Shown piece after piece: positions 31,579 to 41,964 of a stretch of 64,000 nt of DNA. A model generated the notes under the pieces. It was not told the DNA's origin. It did not search any database and saw only the letters and a program-made list of their open reading frames with translations. Origin of the DNA: Giardia intestinalis (taxonomy: Eukaryota); assembly GCA_000002435.2 (NCBI GenBank), contig CM018790.1; one strand, given 5' to 3'. A program made the position numbers and the translations under genes. Within the stretch, counting starts at the first letter, position 1; each line of letters begins with the position of its first letter.

Positions 31579-31725
31579 CTAACTTAGTAGTGCACATGGA
31601 GCCTAGCTAGAGGACTTATTGTTTCTAGCTCGTTTACATATAAAGTAGAAGCGCTGCCATTTGACCGTTCCGCGTGCCCAACTCCTTTGTTCTGGTCCCT
31701 TTTACTTCCAAACTATTTAGACTAC

Positions 31726-33834
31726 CTAGACCCGCTCACCATAGATGCGTACATACTGAGATAACTGATACCGTGGCCACCGGACGTACCATCTGCTGAA
31801 GAGGGAACAGGTAAGGGCAAATGAAACCAGTCCAAAGAGGAAGATGATTAGATAAGGTACAATCGCGCTTGTGGTCGCATGCTGAGAACACAAGACAAAT
31901 AGAAGAACAGCAAACACGAGCAAAAACACAAGGAGAGAGGCAAAAGACAGATGGAATACCTCGTTGCTCTTTTGAAGGGGATTAGTTATAGACATGCGCA
32001 GAAAGAGATAGCCGTCTTGCAGTGGCCCATCAACAAAATTACTAGTTATCCATCTGGTAAACCATATATGCAAGTCCTTCATCCGTCCTTTGAAAGTGCG
32101 TCGTCCAACTATGCTAAGATCACCTTTCATCGCATCTGTTGTTGCGTACTGCAAAGAGAGAGCATTTCCATGCCGCCAAAACGTTGCGTTAAGGTGTCCA
32201 AATGCCTCTTCGAGAGTAATCTCGTAGGGGGTGTACCGAGGAAATTCTGCATGTGCTCCCGAACAGAGAACTTTAGTAACTGTCTTGCGCAAAAATTCTT
32301 TGCAAAGGCATAACTGCACGGTGTTAGTGCGGTCAAGGCTATCTAAACAGTTAATACGATATATAAAATCGCATACAGACTCAGAGGTATTCAGATCGCG
32401 CTCAAAGAAACGAAGAAAGTAGTGCACAGTTCGCATGTCACCCTTGAAGGCGTGGGACACAACAGAGTGGAAGTCGAGATGTACGTATGAAAAACCAGGT
32501 GTTTGTAAAACAATGTTGCTTTTCGGGTAGTGTAACGTCTCAGACGCAAGAGAATCAGACGTTGCCACCGGTTTCACTTCTTGCATTAGCTCTATGACCT
32601 CTGGATCTGATGGATTCATGGCCTCAAGTATCTTGCGAGACTGCTTCATCTCCTGGCGTGCACCTCGAAGCATTTGAAAATCAAAGTTGCGAAACTCAAC
32701 AAGAAAAGGAGATGATACTGGAATGGGTACTTTCGTTACTGATGTGTCCGGGGTAATCGGTGCAACCTGCTTAACAGTCAGATGATCACTTTCAGCAGTA
32801 TCTTTTGCGATTTCAAAGACAAACATGGACTTCTCATAGGAGCGAGAACTGGCTAAAAGATTGCAGAGAGAAAGAAAGCGACGAGAGAGGGCGCCTTCGG
32901 ATGATACGCCATCAAGCAAATTAAGATATACCTGTTTTGATCCAGGGTACCGTCGTTCAAACCTCTGCTGTTGAGTGGTGAACTCCTGAAGAGAAAGGTT
33001 GCTGGGAAAGTCTCTGGTGATCTTGATGGGTGGCTTCTGTGATAAATTAGGGACCTGTTGGAAGGAAACTGGGATCGAACCGCGAAGAGAAATGTTTGTG
33101 CAAGTAAATGCAGCACGAGATTGCTCATTGTAAAATGTAGCCAATACTTCTGTTTCTACGTAGTTAGATGTGTGCCCCTCTGCATCGATTCCACGTTGGA
33201 AGTAACGCTTACCCGCAGACTTCAAGGAGCGCCGGGAAATTAATAAGATAGTAAGGGTTGTTCCTGGTGCAACTACGAAGGGTTTAGTTTCCTCAATGTA
33301 CCCACATATTACAAAAGGTACACAACTGGTGATGTCGAGGTCCACAAGGCCTTCTCCACATCCGGGGAAAACATTTCGGTTCCAATGAAAGGCATGCCTG
33401 TTAGACTTATATTTGGATGTCTCAATGAGCCGTTTATCAAATGCACAATAAAGGCCCTTCTGGGAGAACTGCTTCATAAGTGCGGCCCTTATGTAGTTAT
33501 TTTTCTTTCCTGTGACAAAAACATCGACAGCATCAATGGAATAGACATCTATAGGCGTTGAGTCAAGAGATGAAACTGCTTCTCCATCACACGGCCTATA
33601 AGTGACGCAATATTCGAGCTTTGTTGCCACAATGATATAAGATGCACCATCGTAGTTTAGAATGCCTAGCAAGGCTGAGATGTGTTTTGTGGGCACCTCA
33701 CTCGCTATAGATTGGAGCTTCTCTTCACTGAAAGAAAGCAGTTGCCTCGTCACGCAATCTAGTGCATACACACCACTGTGATTATGCAGGATTAGATTGT
33801 CACCGTACTGATAGCAAAGTATATCGGGCACCAT
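31726..33834 (-). CDS. SAC1: SAC1-like phosphoinositide phosphatase with two C-terminal transmembrane helices.
   Basis: True ATG at 33832-33834. The Sac-domain catalytic motif RINCLDSLDRTN (CX5R(T/S)) is present. Two C-terminal TM segments (LLVFLLVFAVLLFVLC, IVPYLIIFLFGLVSFALTCSLF) match ER-anchored SAC1. Confidence 0.75.
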   Translation of the reverse strand: MVPDILCYQYGDNLILHNHSGVYALDCVTRQLLSFSEEKLQSIASEVPTKHISALLGILNYDGASYIIVATKLEYCVTYRPCDGEAVSSLDSTPIDVYSIDAVDVFVTGKKNNYIRAALMKQFSQKGLYCAFDKRLIETSKYKSNRHAFHWNRNVFPGCGEGLVDLDITSCVPFVICGYIEETKPFVVAPGTTLTILLISRRSLKSAGKRYFQRGIDAEGHTSNYVETEVLATFYNEQSRAAFTCTNISLRGSIPVSFQQVPNLSQKPPIKITRDFPSNLSLQEFTTQQQRFERRYPGSKQVYLNLLDGVSSEGALSRRFLSLCNLLASSRSYEKSMFVFEIAKDTAESDHLTVKQVAPITPDTSVTKVPIPVSSPFLVEFRNFDFQMLRGARQEMKQSRKILEAMNPSDPEVIELMQEVKPVATSDSLASETLHYPKSNIVLQTPGFSYVHLDFHSVVSHAFKGDMRTVHYFLRFFERDLNTSESVCDFIYRINCLDSLDRTNTVQLCLCKEFLRKTVTKVLCSGAHAEFPRYTPYEITLEEAFGHLNATFWRHGNALSLQYATTDAMKGDLSIVGRRTFKGRMKDLHIWFTRWITSNFVDGPLQDGYLFLRMSITNPLQKSNEVFHLSFASLLVFLLVFAVLLFVLCSQHATTSAIVPYLIIFLFGLVSFALTCSLFSRWYVRWPRYQLSQYVRIYGERV

Positions 33835-33958
33835 AAGCGAGTAGTTTTTAATTCTTGGACATTGGAATTAAAATCTAAATTTAGCACGGTTTTCAAATAC
33901 ATTTTCTTTATACCTTAATCTATGATTTCATTTATTTACACTTGTTTTGCTAAGTAGC
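33835..33958. promoter_or_regulatory. 124-bp divergent intergenic region between the SAC1 (-) and bystin (+) genes.
   Basis: AT-rich spacer (aattaaaatctaaatttagc...tttatttacac) between two verified ATGs. Confidence 0.3.
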
Positions 33959-35398
33959 ATGGGAAAGCCTTCTTTGCACGCGGCCTCGCGGGCTCAACGT
34001 CCATCTCTAGGCCTCCACATTGATGGGATGAAGTCTCGCAAGCTGACAGCTAAGACTATTGTTCCAAGGGATATCCGTCATGCCGTGGGCTCAGATGACG
34101 ATCAAGATCCTTACGACACATATGATCCCACAGCACAGGAGCAGGATGAGGAGGAGATACTTGATGCCGCTCTCCTCAAGGCTCTCAATCTTAAGGTTTC
34201 AAGCACAGTGGGGGAGATCAAGATCAACCCGAAGGTTCTGCGGTCCGTGGTCCCAAAGAACACTTATAGCTCGTCGGCTGTTGATTTGAAGGACATGCAA
34301 AATAGTCTAGATATGCTAACCATGTTTGACCAAACTACCAGTACACTAATCTCCACAGAGCAATTTGAAGCAGCTATTGAAAAGGCAGTCGCAAAAGCTA
34401 CCGCACAGTCTACCAGTGATCACAGCTTTTCGTTGCGTGCCTACAATGAGCAGGAGGCGCAAAGGTCCAAAGCAGATGCACTGGATGACGAACGCTTTAA
34501 TCCATATGAGGGCTATGAGCGTAGAGGAGAAACAGAACCAAGCTATGCTAAGGCCGATTGCATGTCGATGGCAGCAAAGTCCATCTTGAGTGATCAGACT
34601 CTGGCAGATGTTCTGCGACATACGGGATTGCTTCTTTCCAAATACAAATCAGGGACGTTGCCAAAAATTCTGAAAAATATCCCTGCTTCTTCATCATGGG
34701 AGCCGATAGTTGAAGTGATGAATCCTCTGGCTTGGACGCCTCACGCAATACAGGTTGTCACCAAGCTTTTCATCTCCCAGCTCCCCGAGGACCAGGCCTA
34801 CCTGTACGATAAGAATGTCCTGCTAGAGCAGGTTAAGGAGAGTCTTAGGCATAACAAGAAACTGCCTGTTCACATCTTCGATGCGTTGGGTAAGGCAACA
34901 TACAAACCGCGTGCGTTTTACAAAGGGATTGTCTTTCCATTGGCAAATACAGATGCACACGTGGTTGTCGTGAAGGCTGTTGCATCTATACTGAAGAAGA
35001 GCTCCATCCCCATACAGATTTCTGCACCCGCCTTACTGAAGCTTTTAGAGATACCGTACAATGGTGCAGCATCTGCATTTATCGGTAGCCTGATTGAAAA
35101 GGGCTACGCACTGCCTGTCACAGTTATAGAAGAGCTGGTCAAGTACTATGAGCAAACAGCCAACGAATACAAGTCTCAGCAACTCCCCTTGGTCTTCCAC
35201 GCAGGGCTGCTTGCATTTGTTAGAAAGTATAACACAGCCATGACGGGAGAGCAGCAGCTCCGACTAATTTCGGCTGTAAAGATGTCCCCCCACAAAGGTG
35301 GCATCAGCAAAGAGATACTGCGATTATTCAATGAGAGCTCCGTTCTGTTTACTAGAAACATGGGCACCACGTTTTCTCCCCATCAGCTCATAATATAG
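33959..35398 (+). CDS. BYSL: Bystin/ENP1 homolog (40S ribosome biogenesis factor).
   Basis: The listed start at 33947 is TTG; the ATG is at 33959. [36 protein letters not shown] resembles human [50 protein letters not shown]...[48 protein letters not shown] resembles AWFKGILIPLCES...[48 protein letters not shown]. Confidence 0.85.
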   Translation: [479 protein letters not shown]

Positions 35399-35427
35399 AT
35401 AGATATTGTGGGGCTGAATTCACGATG

Positions 35428-37641
35428 CTAAATAAGCTCGTGCCACGGGGCTCCACTGCAGACATATGCCATGGCAAATATGTTATTATATCGTTGATTC
35501 TCAAACAGAGGCATGTACGATGCAGCCTCCTTAGTAGGAAATATGCGGGTGAACATCCCAGAGCGCTGCTCTTCATCAGAGATTTGCATACAGATTCTTC
35601 GCTCCATCTCTGTGAGATTTGCCATCGCGCCTTGAGGAAGACCGTATCGTACCCGACCCTGTTTATCCATACGCCGCAGCTGATCGGTTGTCATACTTTT
35701 GCCGTTAGCGCTCGGCCGCATTTCATTGAAAGGTAAGCGTGGTAGGTCGGTCTTAGACTGGCTAGAATCAGAAAGGCTATCTGATGTGCGACAAGATTTG
35801 TTGGATTTGCTCGATAGTGAACTCGGTGAGGCGTTTGCGTTGGTTTTGACATTAACAGGGGTGTCACCTTGTTTTTTCTGGGCAGAGATGCTACCACTTG
35901 CAGCTACGTCTGCATCTGGGCATGGATTGGCGTCTGCAAGCCTCATAGATTGAGTAGGGGGGAGGCTCCCTGCCGAGAGGTAGAGTGCACTATCCAACAT
36001 CGCTTTTCCATGCACTGAGGCTGACGTCTGCGGTCGTGGAAGAGGTACGTTGCTAGACCCTTGGCGGATTGCTTCTCCAGATGTCTGAGCGCGCGCAGTT
36101 AGTTGGGTATTCCGTTCTTTAATAGACTTTGCTCTCTTTTCATCCTCTGTCATGATCGTTGGGACCATAATGTCCAGCTCATTACGCTTTTCAACAGGAA
36201 TGCCAATTGTGTTCAAAGCTTCCGCTATCATAGGGTATTTAACATTAACATCTAGCTGCGTTGATGTAGCTGTGGCCGGAGAAGAGTTGACTTCTATCAA
36301 GATTGGCTTCCCGTTGCTTTGAAGCATGATATCGAATCCATAGATTCCAAACGAGATCCTCGGGTAGGTGCTAGCCGTTCGTGCTTTGTGACCAAGGATA
36401 TAGAAATTTGGCTCACAAGCAATCAGTGTTTTGATTACTAGATCACATATGCTGGAGTATAGCCTTTGCTGAACAACCCCGTTGCCTGGGACACCAGCGT
36501 TTTTCACAATTGAATCTGGGTCTTTGCTGTCAAAACAATCCCTATTCATGTCCAGATGTGCAAACAGGTCTGATGCTTTCCATTTGGAGGGGAACGCAGT
36601 ATTACCTTGACAACTGTCATCCTCATCTTCAGGGTTAGAGTACTCATAGCTACTCATGCTACTATCGCTGTCGTCGCTACCAGTAGAATTAGAGGCAGAA
36701 CCCGATCCCTTGTTTAAAGAGCTTCCCGTACTGGTCATGGTCATGATTCGTTCAACCTTCTCTTGAAGCTTCCCCTTTTTAGCCTTCACAGGGCAATGCT
36801 TTCCTGAATCTGGATTCACAAATGTGTCTGAAGATGCATTAATGCTGAAATTGGTTAAGTGCATCTTTTTGAGCTTTTTATTGCGTATAGTCGGCTTGTG
36901 GTATTTACGCGTGGCGAACCTGCCCAGGCCCTCATTATATATGTACATTATAAGAGGATCTACAGAGGTTATTAGCACGTAAATCCGCAAATCAAATTTG
37001 TACCCGTTGACAAGAAGGGGGTTGGAGATGTACTTTTGCAAGACAGCGGGCTTATCATCAAGGATGGCGTCACCATTTGATAGCAATCTGATGCCCTCGC
37101 CCCTTGCTCCTAGGGCCGGTTTGTAGATATAAAAGGCGTCTGGATTCATTGCCATATCACGCACAGCAATGGAAGCAGATTGCGGGAGTATGTACGTCTT
37201 TGGGATAAAGTCGTAGAGCTCCTTACCAGATCTATTCTGGGCAGCTACGATGCAGGAGGCTAGCTTGTCCTTCCTGCCGATAGCATTAGATCCCGGCACC
37301 TGATTGCAGATCTGCCCCGCCACCAGGGTTGAATAGAAACTCACGTTTTTGGGGGACCCCCAGCATATATTGAATTTTCGGCAATTTTTTGGTCCTGGAA
37401 CAAATCCAGCATCCGCAAAGGTGCGCCGGATTGCCTTTGTAGTTGGTCCGGCATACCGCACAATTGGCTTAGCTTTAGGAAGGATGGTTGTGTCAGCAAC
37501 ATTTCCCAGAAACCAGTAATAATACCCAAGTGAAGGGAACAGCGACTTGGCTATTCTTACGTCTCCGATATGCCCTGCTTTAAGTTGTGAGCGCCTCTTG
37601 ATCTCTGCATCGGTGAGAGCATCTTTTTTAATTGGAAGCAT
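35428..37641 (-). CDS. TTLL: Tubulin-tyrosine-ligase-like (TTLL) protein; subtype (glutamylase or glycylase) not determinable.
   Basis: True ATG at 37639-37641. A TTL domain is present: WGSPKN...YIYKPALGARGEGIRLLSN...VLQKYISNPLLVNGYKFDLRIYVLITSVDPL...YNEGLGRFATRKY...FGIYGFDIMLQSNGKPILIEVNSSPA. Long Ser-rich C-terminal extension. Confidence 0.8.
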   Translation of the reverse strand: MLPIKKDALTDAEIKRRSQLKAGHIGDVRIAKSLFPSLGYYYWFLGNVADTTILPKAKPIVRYAGPTTKAIRRTFADAGFVPGPKNCRKFNICWGSPKNVSFYSTLVAGQICNQVPGSNAIGRKDKLASCIVAAQNRSGKELYDFIPKTYILPQSASIAVRDMAMNPDAFYIYKPALGARGEGIRLLSNGDAILDDKPAVLQKYISNPLLVNGYKFDLRIYVLITSVDPLIMYIYNEGLGRFATRKYHKPTIRNKKLKKMHLTNFSINASSDTFVNPDSGKHCPVKAKKGKLQEKVERIMTMTSTGSSLNKGSGSASNSTGSDDSDSSMSSYEYSNPEDEDDSCQGNTAFPSKWKASDLFAHLDMNRDCFDSKDPDSIVKNAGVPGNGVVQQRLYSSICDLVIKTLIACEPNFYILGHKARTASTYPRISFGIYGFDIMLQSNGKPILIEVNSSPATATSTQLDVNVKYPMIAEALNTIGIPVEKRNELDIMVPTIMTEDEKRAKSIKERNTQLTARAQTSGEAIRQGSSNVPLPRPQTSASVHGKAMLDSALYLSAGSLPPTQSMRLADANPCPDADVAASGSISAQKKQGDTPVNVKTNANASPSSLSSKSNKSCRTSDSLSDSSQSKTDLPRLPFNEMRPSANGKSMTTDQLRRMDKQGRVRYGLPQGAMANLTEMERRICMQISDEEQRSGMFTRIFPTKEAASYMPLFENQRYNNIFAMAYVCSGAPWHELI

Positions 37642-38330
37642 TATACACAGTCACAATTGCAGCAAGTTCCTATAGCACAACCGTAAGCGATAGACACAAT
37701 GATAGTCCGCTTCTTTCAATTTTTAAGGTGTCAGTTTTTATGTTTTTGCTGAGATGATGATTCGCTCCACCCACTGGTTGCTTCTAGCGTTGTGCTGCTG
37801 GGCTTTTTGCCCACCATGAAGGAAGGCCAAAAAGTGAGGCACCACTAGTGGACTAGGGGTCTGAGAGAAGACCTGAATTCCAGGCGGACCAACGCACATA
37901 CTCAGACTGAGCACATCCCTGCGGAACAACTGAGGGACGCAGAAGACTCCTGGTATACAAATGAAGGGAGATCCCTATTATATCATCAGCGACCAGCCAT
38001 AGTCTCCAGGCGGCCGGGAAGTGAGCGCGGCTTACCCATGAGACCTCTGAGCGCACCTGCAGGCGGGCCCAGTGATACAGTGACAGCAATGTACAGGAGT
38101 ACACCCCAATCAATCACTCCACAAGAGAGGTGCGATCTGAGTCTGGTCCTCACTGGTCATGTTCCTATGGAAGTCAGGGGGAACTGCGCTATCAACTGGC
38201 CTCCGGTGGGTGTGCTCCTATCTTATCCTTCTCCAGTCCAACTGATCAAGGAGAGCAAGAGCGGCTGTCTCTCACTGCTCGCGGCAACACACAAGTCTGA
38301 CGGAAGAGCAGTGGCATACTAACCCGGCTA

Positions 38331-38714
38331 ATGTTGGTAGGATTTCTCCTAGTTTTTGTGGTAACACAGGCCAACTGCGCACCAGAGCTGACCAGAGCGG
38401 GCTGCAAGACGTGTAGCCCCGACGGCCAGACCTGCACGGCATGCACCAACGATTCTCACAACGTACAGGTCGACGGGAAGAGCTGCGATGCCAACTGCCC
38501 GGAGCACTCCGCGGCGAACGGCCAGAAGGTGTGCGAGTGCGAGGGAGGATACGGCCCGGTCACCGGAGAGAACAGGTGCGAGCCTTCTAATACCAACAAG
38601 AGTAGCGGTCTTTCTACCGGCGCTATTGCAGGCATCGCTGTTGCAGCCGTCATTGTCGTCGGAGGCCTCGTTGGCTTCCTCTGCTGGTGGTTCCTCTGCC
38701 GGGGCAAAGCGTAG
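38331..38714 (+). CDS. VSP: Miniature variant-specific surface protein (127 aa); possibly a deletion remnant.
   Basis: True ATG at 38331. Signal peptide [16 protein letters not shown]; CxxC motifs (CKTC, CTAC); a [13 protein letters not shown]-like motif; TM segment; invariant ...[17 protein letters not shown]-terminus. GC-rich like VSP genes, but far shorter than typical VSPs. Confidence 0.65.
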   Translation: MLVGFLLVFVVTQANCAPELTRAGCKTCSPDGQTCTACTNDSHNVQVDGKSCDANCPEHSAANGQKVCECEGGYGPVTGENRCEPSNTNKSSGLSTGAIAGIAVAAVIVVGGLVGFLCWWFLCRGKA

Positions 38715-38719
38715 ATGTA

Positions 38720-38734
38720 GACTTAGGTAGTAAA
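38720..38734 (+). terminator. Extended VSP 3' motif plus polyA signal (ACTTAGGTAGTAAAT).
   Basis: Exact match to the ACTYAGRTAGTRAAY consensus, 6 nt after the mini-VSP stop codon. Confidence 0.6.
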
Positions 38735-39070
38735 TGCTGTATGGACATGTGGGCGGTGCTCTGGCGTGATTGAGCAATGGGTGCCCGATCTCTGAGCTCT
38801 CGTGGTCCTCATTCATAGACTCCCGTGGCCTCTGCATGAGAGCATCCGTTTGCGGAATGCTGAAGAGGCGCGCCTGTGTGTCGCCATGGCAGGAGCGTTG
38901 TGTCTCCCATGCATGCCCTTGCAGTCGTGCGTCATCCCCGGGACCCCAGCTCGGATCCTCAGACTCCACGGCGCAGGGAGAGGAGTTGGCCCGCTCCTGC
39001 CATCGCCTCGTCTGCGCGGCGGTCGTGGCTGTGCGCACCCTTGTATGCACTGGGCAGTGGAAGGACAGCC

Positions 39071-40417
39071 CTACGCATCGCTGACCCGTGCCTTGTGCTT
39101 CCTCTGCCTCCCCTCCTGGTCCTTCTGCGACCTCCCCCCGACCCCAGCGCGACGGCCGGAACTCACCTGCGTGCTCGCCATGCAGAGGAACAGGCGCGCT
39201 CCATCCACGGCCGTGAAGACGCATCGCAAGGCCCCTTCTGTCTCGTACAGGGCGCAGAACATGTGTGTCGAAGGGGCCAGCTCGCATGTGCCGATAGAGC
39301 GGGGGCCGTCTGTGCCGCTCTCCACGGGCATCCTGTGGAAGTGGAGAAGGCTTCCCCTGCAGAAGGCCAGACAGAGGCTTCCCGGGGCAGCCGAGGATGG
39401 GGACAGAGAGCAGATGCGGAACGACTCAGACTCCGGGGGCAGGCTCTGGGCCCCGAAGTCATCGAGTTCTATCGTGGAGAACGAGAGATGCGACAGCAGG
39501 CCGGAGACGACCAGGAGGACCGGCAGATCGGAGCGCTCGCCGGTCTCGGAAATGGCTGACACGGCGACGACAGCCGAGGTGCCACACATGCAGACGGCCC
39601 CGACCTGCGCCTCTGCAAGCCCGGGACCCTCTTTGCAGCGGTACAAGAGATGCTCCTCGGGGCTCGAGACAACAACCCGGGACATGTAGAACTCCGTGCC
39701 GGTCTGAGTGAACCACTCGAATCCCCGTAGCGCTGGGTCCAGAGTTGCGGGCTCCTGGAAGCAGACGCAGCACAGAACGACTTCTGCATCAGTCGTGGAG
39801 GCCAGGACATAGAGGAGGGAGGAGGCCGGATCGTAGCGCAGAGAGGGGCAGGCAGTGTCAGCGACGGAGACGGGGAGGACAGTTGCCTGGGGACACCCGC
39901 CGCGCAGGCAGAGCAGTAGAAGGCCAGTGCCTTGCGGGTCCTGTGCTGGGAGCCCAAACACAGCGACGAGGACACTTGCGGCCCCGCACCTCTCAGCAGA
40001 GAGGTTTCGGATAGGCCAGGGGATGTCCCGTGCGGGGTAGAGCAGGACTAGGCGATGCGTTCGATGGGAGCCTGCTACGAGCTCGTAGATGGCCGACACA
40101 GAGGCGAGGAAGACCCGCTCATCCAGGGCGCAGACCGCGGTCAGGGGCTCTCCCGGGGCGGCGCGTCCGAGGCTGCAGACACTTCTGCTGCCGCTGATGC
40201 CCTTGGAGGTGATTGCATGGACGATGGGGGCCCAGCTCTGCGTGGTTAGCGCCACGACAGCGTCCCCGCCGCAGACTCGCGCAACCACCGCAGCAATGAC
40301 CGGGGCGTCAAGCTCGGCCCTCCACTCGCACAGGGGGGATCCGGGGGCGTGGGCAGCGATATCCCCAGAAGAGACACCCGCGCGCTCCAGGGCGCTCATT
40401 TTAAGACTGAGGTCCAT
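39071..40417 (-). CDS. Hypothetical GC-rich ORF (448 aa). Its coding status is uncertain.
   Basis: True ATG at 40415-40417. It lies in a ~65% GC block where ORFs overlap on both strands. The composition looks protein-like (not purely Ala/Arg/Pro) but no domain was recognised. Confidence 0.25.
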   Translation of the reverse strand: MDLSLKMSALERAGVSSGDIAAHAPGSPLCEWRAELDAPVIAAVVARVCGGDAVVALTTQSWAPIVHAITSKGISGSRSVCSLGRAAPGEPLTAVCALDERVFLASVSAIYELVAGSHRTHRLVLLYPARDIPWPIRNLSAERCGAASVLVAVFGLPAQDPQGTGLLLLCLRGGCPQATVLPVSVADTACPSLRYDPASSLLYVLASTTDAEVVLCCVCFQEPATLDPALRGFEWFTQTGTEFYMSRVVVSSPEEHLLYRCKEGPGLAEAQVGAVCMCGTSAVVAVSAISETGERSDLPVLLVVSGLLSHLSFSTIELDDFGAQSLPPESESFRICSLSPSSAAPGSLCLAFCRGSLLHFHRMPVESGTDGPRSIGTCELAPSTHMFCALYETEGALRCVFTAVDGARLFLCMASTQVSSGRRAGVGGRSQKDQEGRQRKHKARVSDA

Positions 40418-40982
40418 AGCTCTGCAACGCCATCTGCACGTCAGCCCCGGGCAAACAGTCGGACTGTTCTCTTGGCCATATGCTCGCTGCTGCGGGGACC
40501 CCGAGCTGTTCTCACCTCGAGTCTTCGCAACAGCCCGGGCAGATGGGTGCAGAGGCAGTCACAGCGCGGCTAAGCCGTTGCCTGCAGGGCATTCTTCCAG
40601 CCAGGGGCAAGGTTTTGCAGCGAGACATGGCCTGCTTCAGACCATCAGGGAGCTCGCGCACGCAGACTACCGACCAGGTGGCTGCCGCCGTGCAAGGCGT
40701 GCGCTAAGATTGGAGTGGAGCGTTTACTGCCTTCCAAGCGGATGTGTTTCCTCAGCATGGTGGTCCGTGTGGTGGGAACGGATGCACACCATGGTTTGCG
40801 AAGGGGGCTCTAGGCTTCAGAATCCCAGTGATCACTTTGTTGCACCTTGCTACACATAGCAGGGGCGACGGAAGGAATCCAAGGGGTGCAGTCTTTGTAT
40901 GATGCGCCATCTGGATGCGCTGCAAGAGGCCCAGGAATTGCAGGCGTACTGCCACACGCGTTCTATGTGACCTGCAGTAAAA

Positions 40983-41618
40983 ATGCCGTCTATGGATGAC
41001 TTAGATCAATTCCTTCAGGAGTGCGACTGCGCCTTACTCCTCATGTCTGAGAAGAACACGAGCGAAGAGAGCGCAGGAAACTCAACTGAGTCTTCACAAA
41101 CAGATGATGAAGGCAGCGTGGACGAGGACGGCGTCACCACGCTTATGGAGGCAGCCAAAAGAAACGACGTGAAGGCGGTGAAGCGCTATATCCCTTATCA
41201 GGCAAGGATGGTGGCGAAGCTTGTCAAGGCAGGGAGAGTAGAGATATACGATGGGACGGCCCTGATGGTCGCTGCGGTGCTTGGACACACCAGAGTGGTG
41301 AAGCTGCTGATGAGGCACGAGCGTTGCATGAGGAGCAGTAATGAATGGACGGCCCTCATGTGGGCGGCACTTTTTGGCCGCACCGAGGTCGTGAAACTAC
41401 TCCTGGATGTTGAGGGAGGCATGCAAATAAACGGAGGTGTTACCGCCCTCACAGCTGCAGCAGGCTTTGGCCGTCTGGACTGTGTCAAGTTACTGCTGGA
41501 GAGAGAGAAGGACGTAGGCGGCGAGTCTGCTCTTTGTATGGCTAGTACACGAGGTCACCCCGAGGTGGCGTCTTTTCTTGAAAATAAGGGCATTAGGCTA
41601 GTGGATCCTTACCTGTGA
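40983..41618 (+). CDS. Short ankyrin-repeat protein (211 aa, ~4 repeats), 21.1-like.
   Basis: True ATG at 40983. Repeats with TALMxAA...GH..VVKLL follow an acidic N-terminal region. Confidence 0.6.
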   Translation: MPSMDDLDQFLQECDCALLLMSEKNTSEESAGNSTESSQTDDEGSVDEDGVTTLMEAAKRNDVKAVKRYIPYQARMVAKLVKAGRVEIYDGTALMVAAVLGHTRVVKLLMRHERCMRSSNEWTALMWAALFGRTEVVKLLLDVEGGMQINGGVTALTAAAGFGRLDCVKLLLEREKDVGGESALCMASTRGHPEVASFLENKGIRLVDPYL

Positions 41619-41964
41619 ATACTATCCAGAAAGCCCGTGAGTAAACGCGCTTAACTGTTGGTTGCATCCGACGGGGACTAGAGTCTCCCTCCAGCTGTGC
41701 AGGGGGACGGCTAGCCAATAGGGTGAAGTGATGGCTGTCAGTGGGGCACACAGCCACCCGTTTCCGCAGAGGCCAGGGGGCTGGCCTTCTCACCCTCGGT
41801 CAGCACTGGGACACCGGTGGGTGAAACGGTCGCACAGGTGGCCTTCTCGCTGCTGATGCAGAAGCCCTCCGCAAGCATTGGACCACTACAGATCTGTAGA
41901 CACAAACCCCTGTGGAAACGGATCGTTTCCAAAACTGTAGATTACCAAAATAATAAAACCAGGA

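Noticed and set aside
38349-40859. Stack of overlapping long ORFs on both strands (38349-39287 -, 38802-39689 +, 38876-39559 +, 39459-39975 -, 40089-40859 + and others).
   Set aside because: They lie in a >60% GC block where stop codons are rare. They overlap each other and the mini-VSP in antisense. The translations are Ala/Arg/Pro/Gly-rich. Only 39071-40417 was retained, at low confidence.
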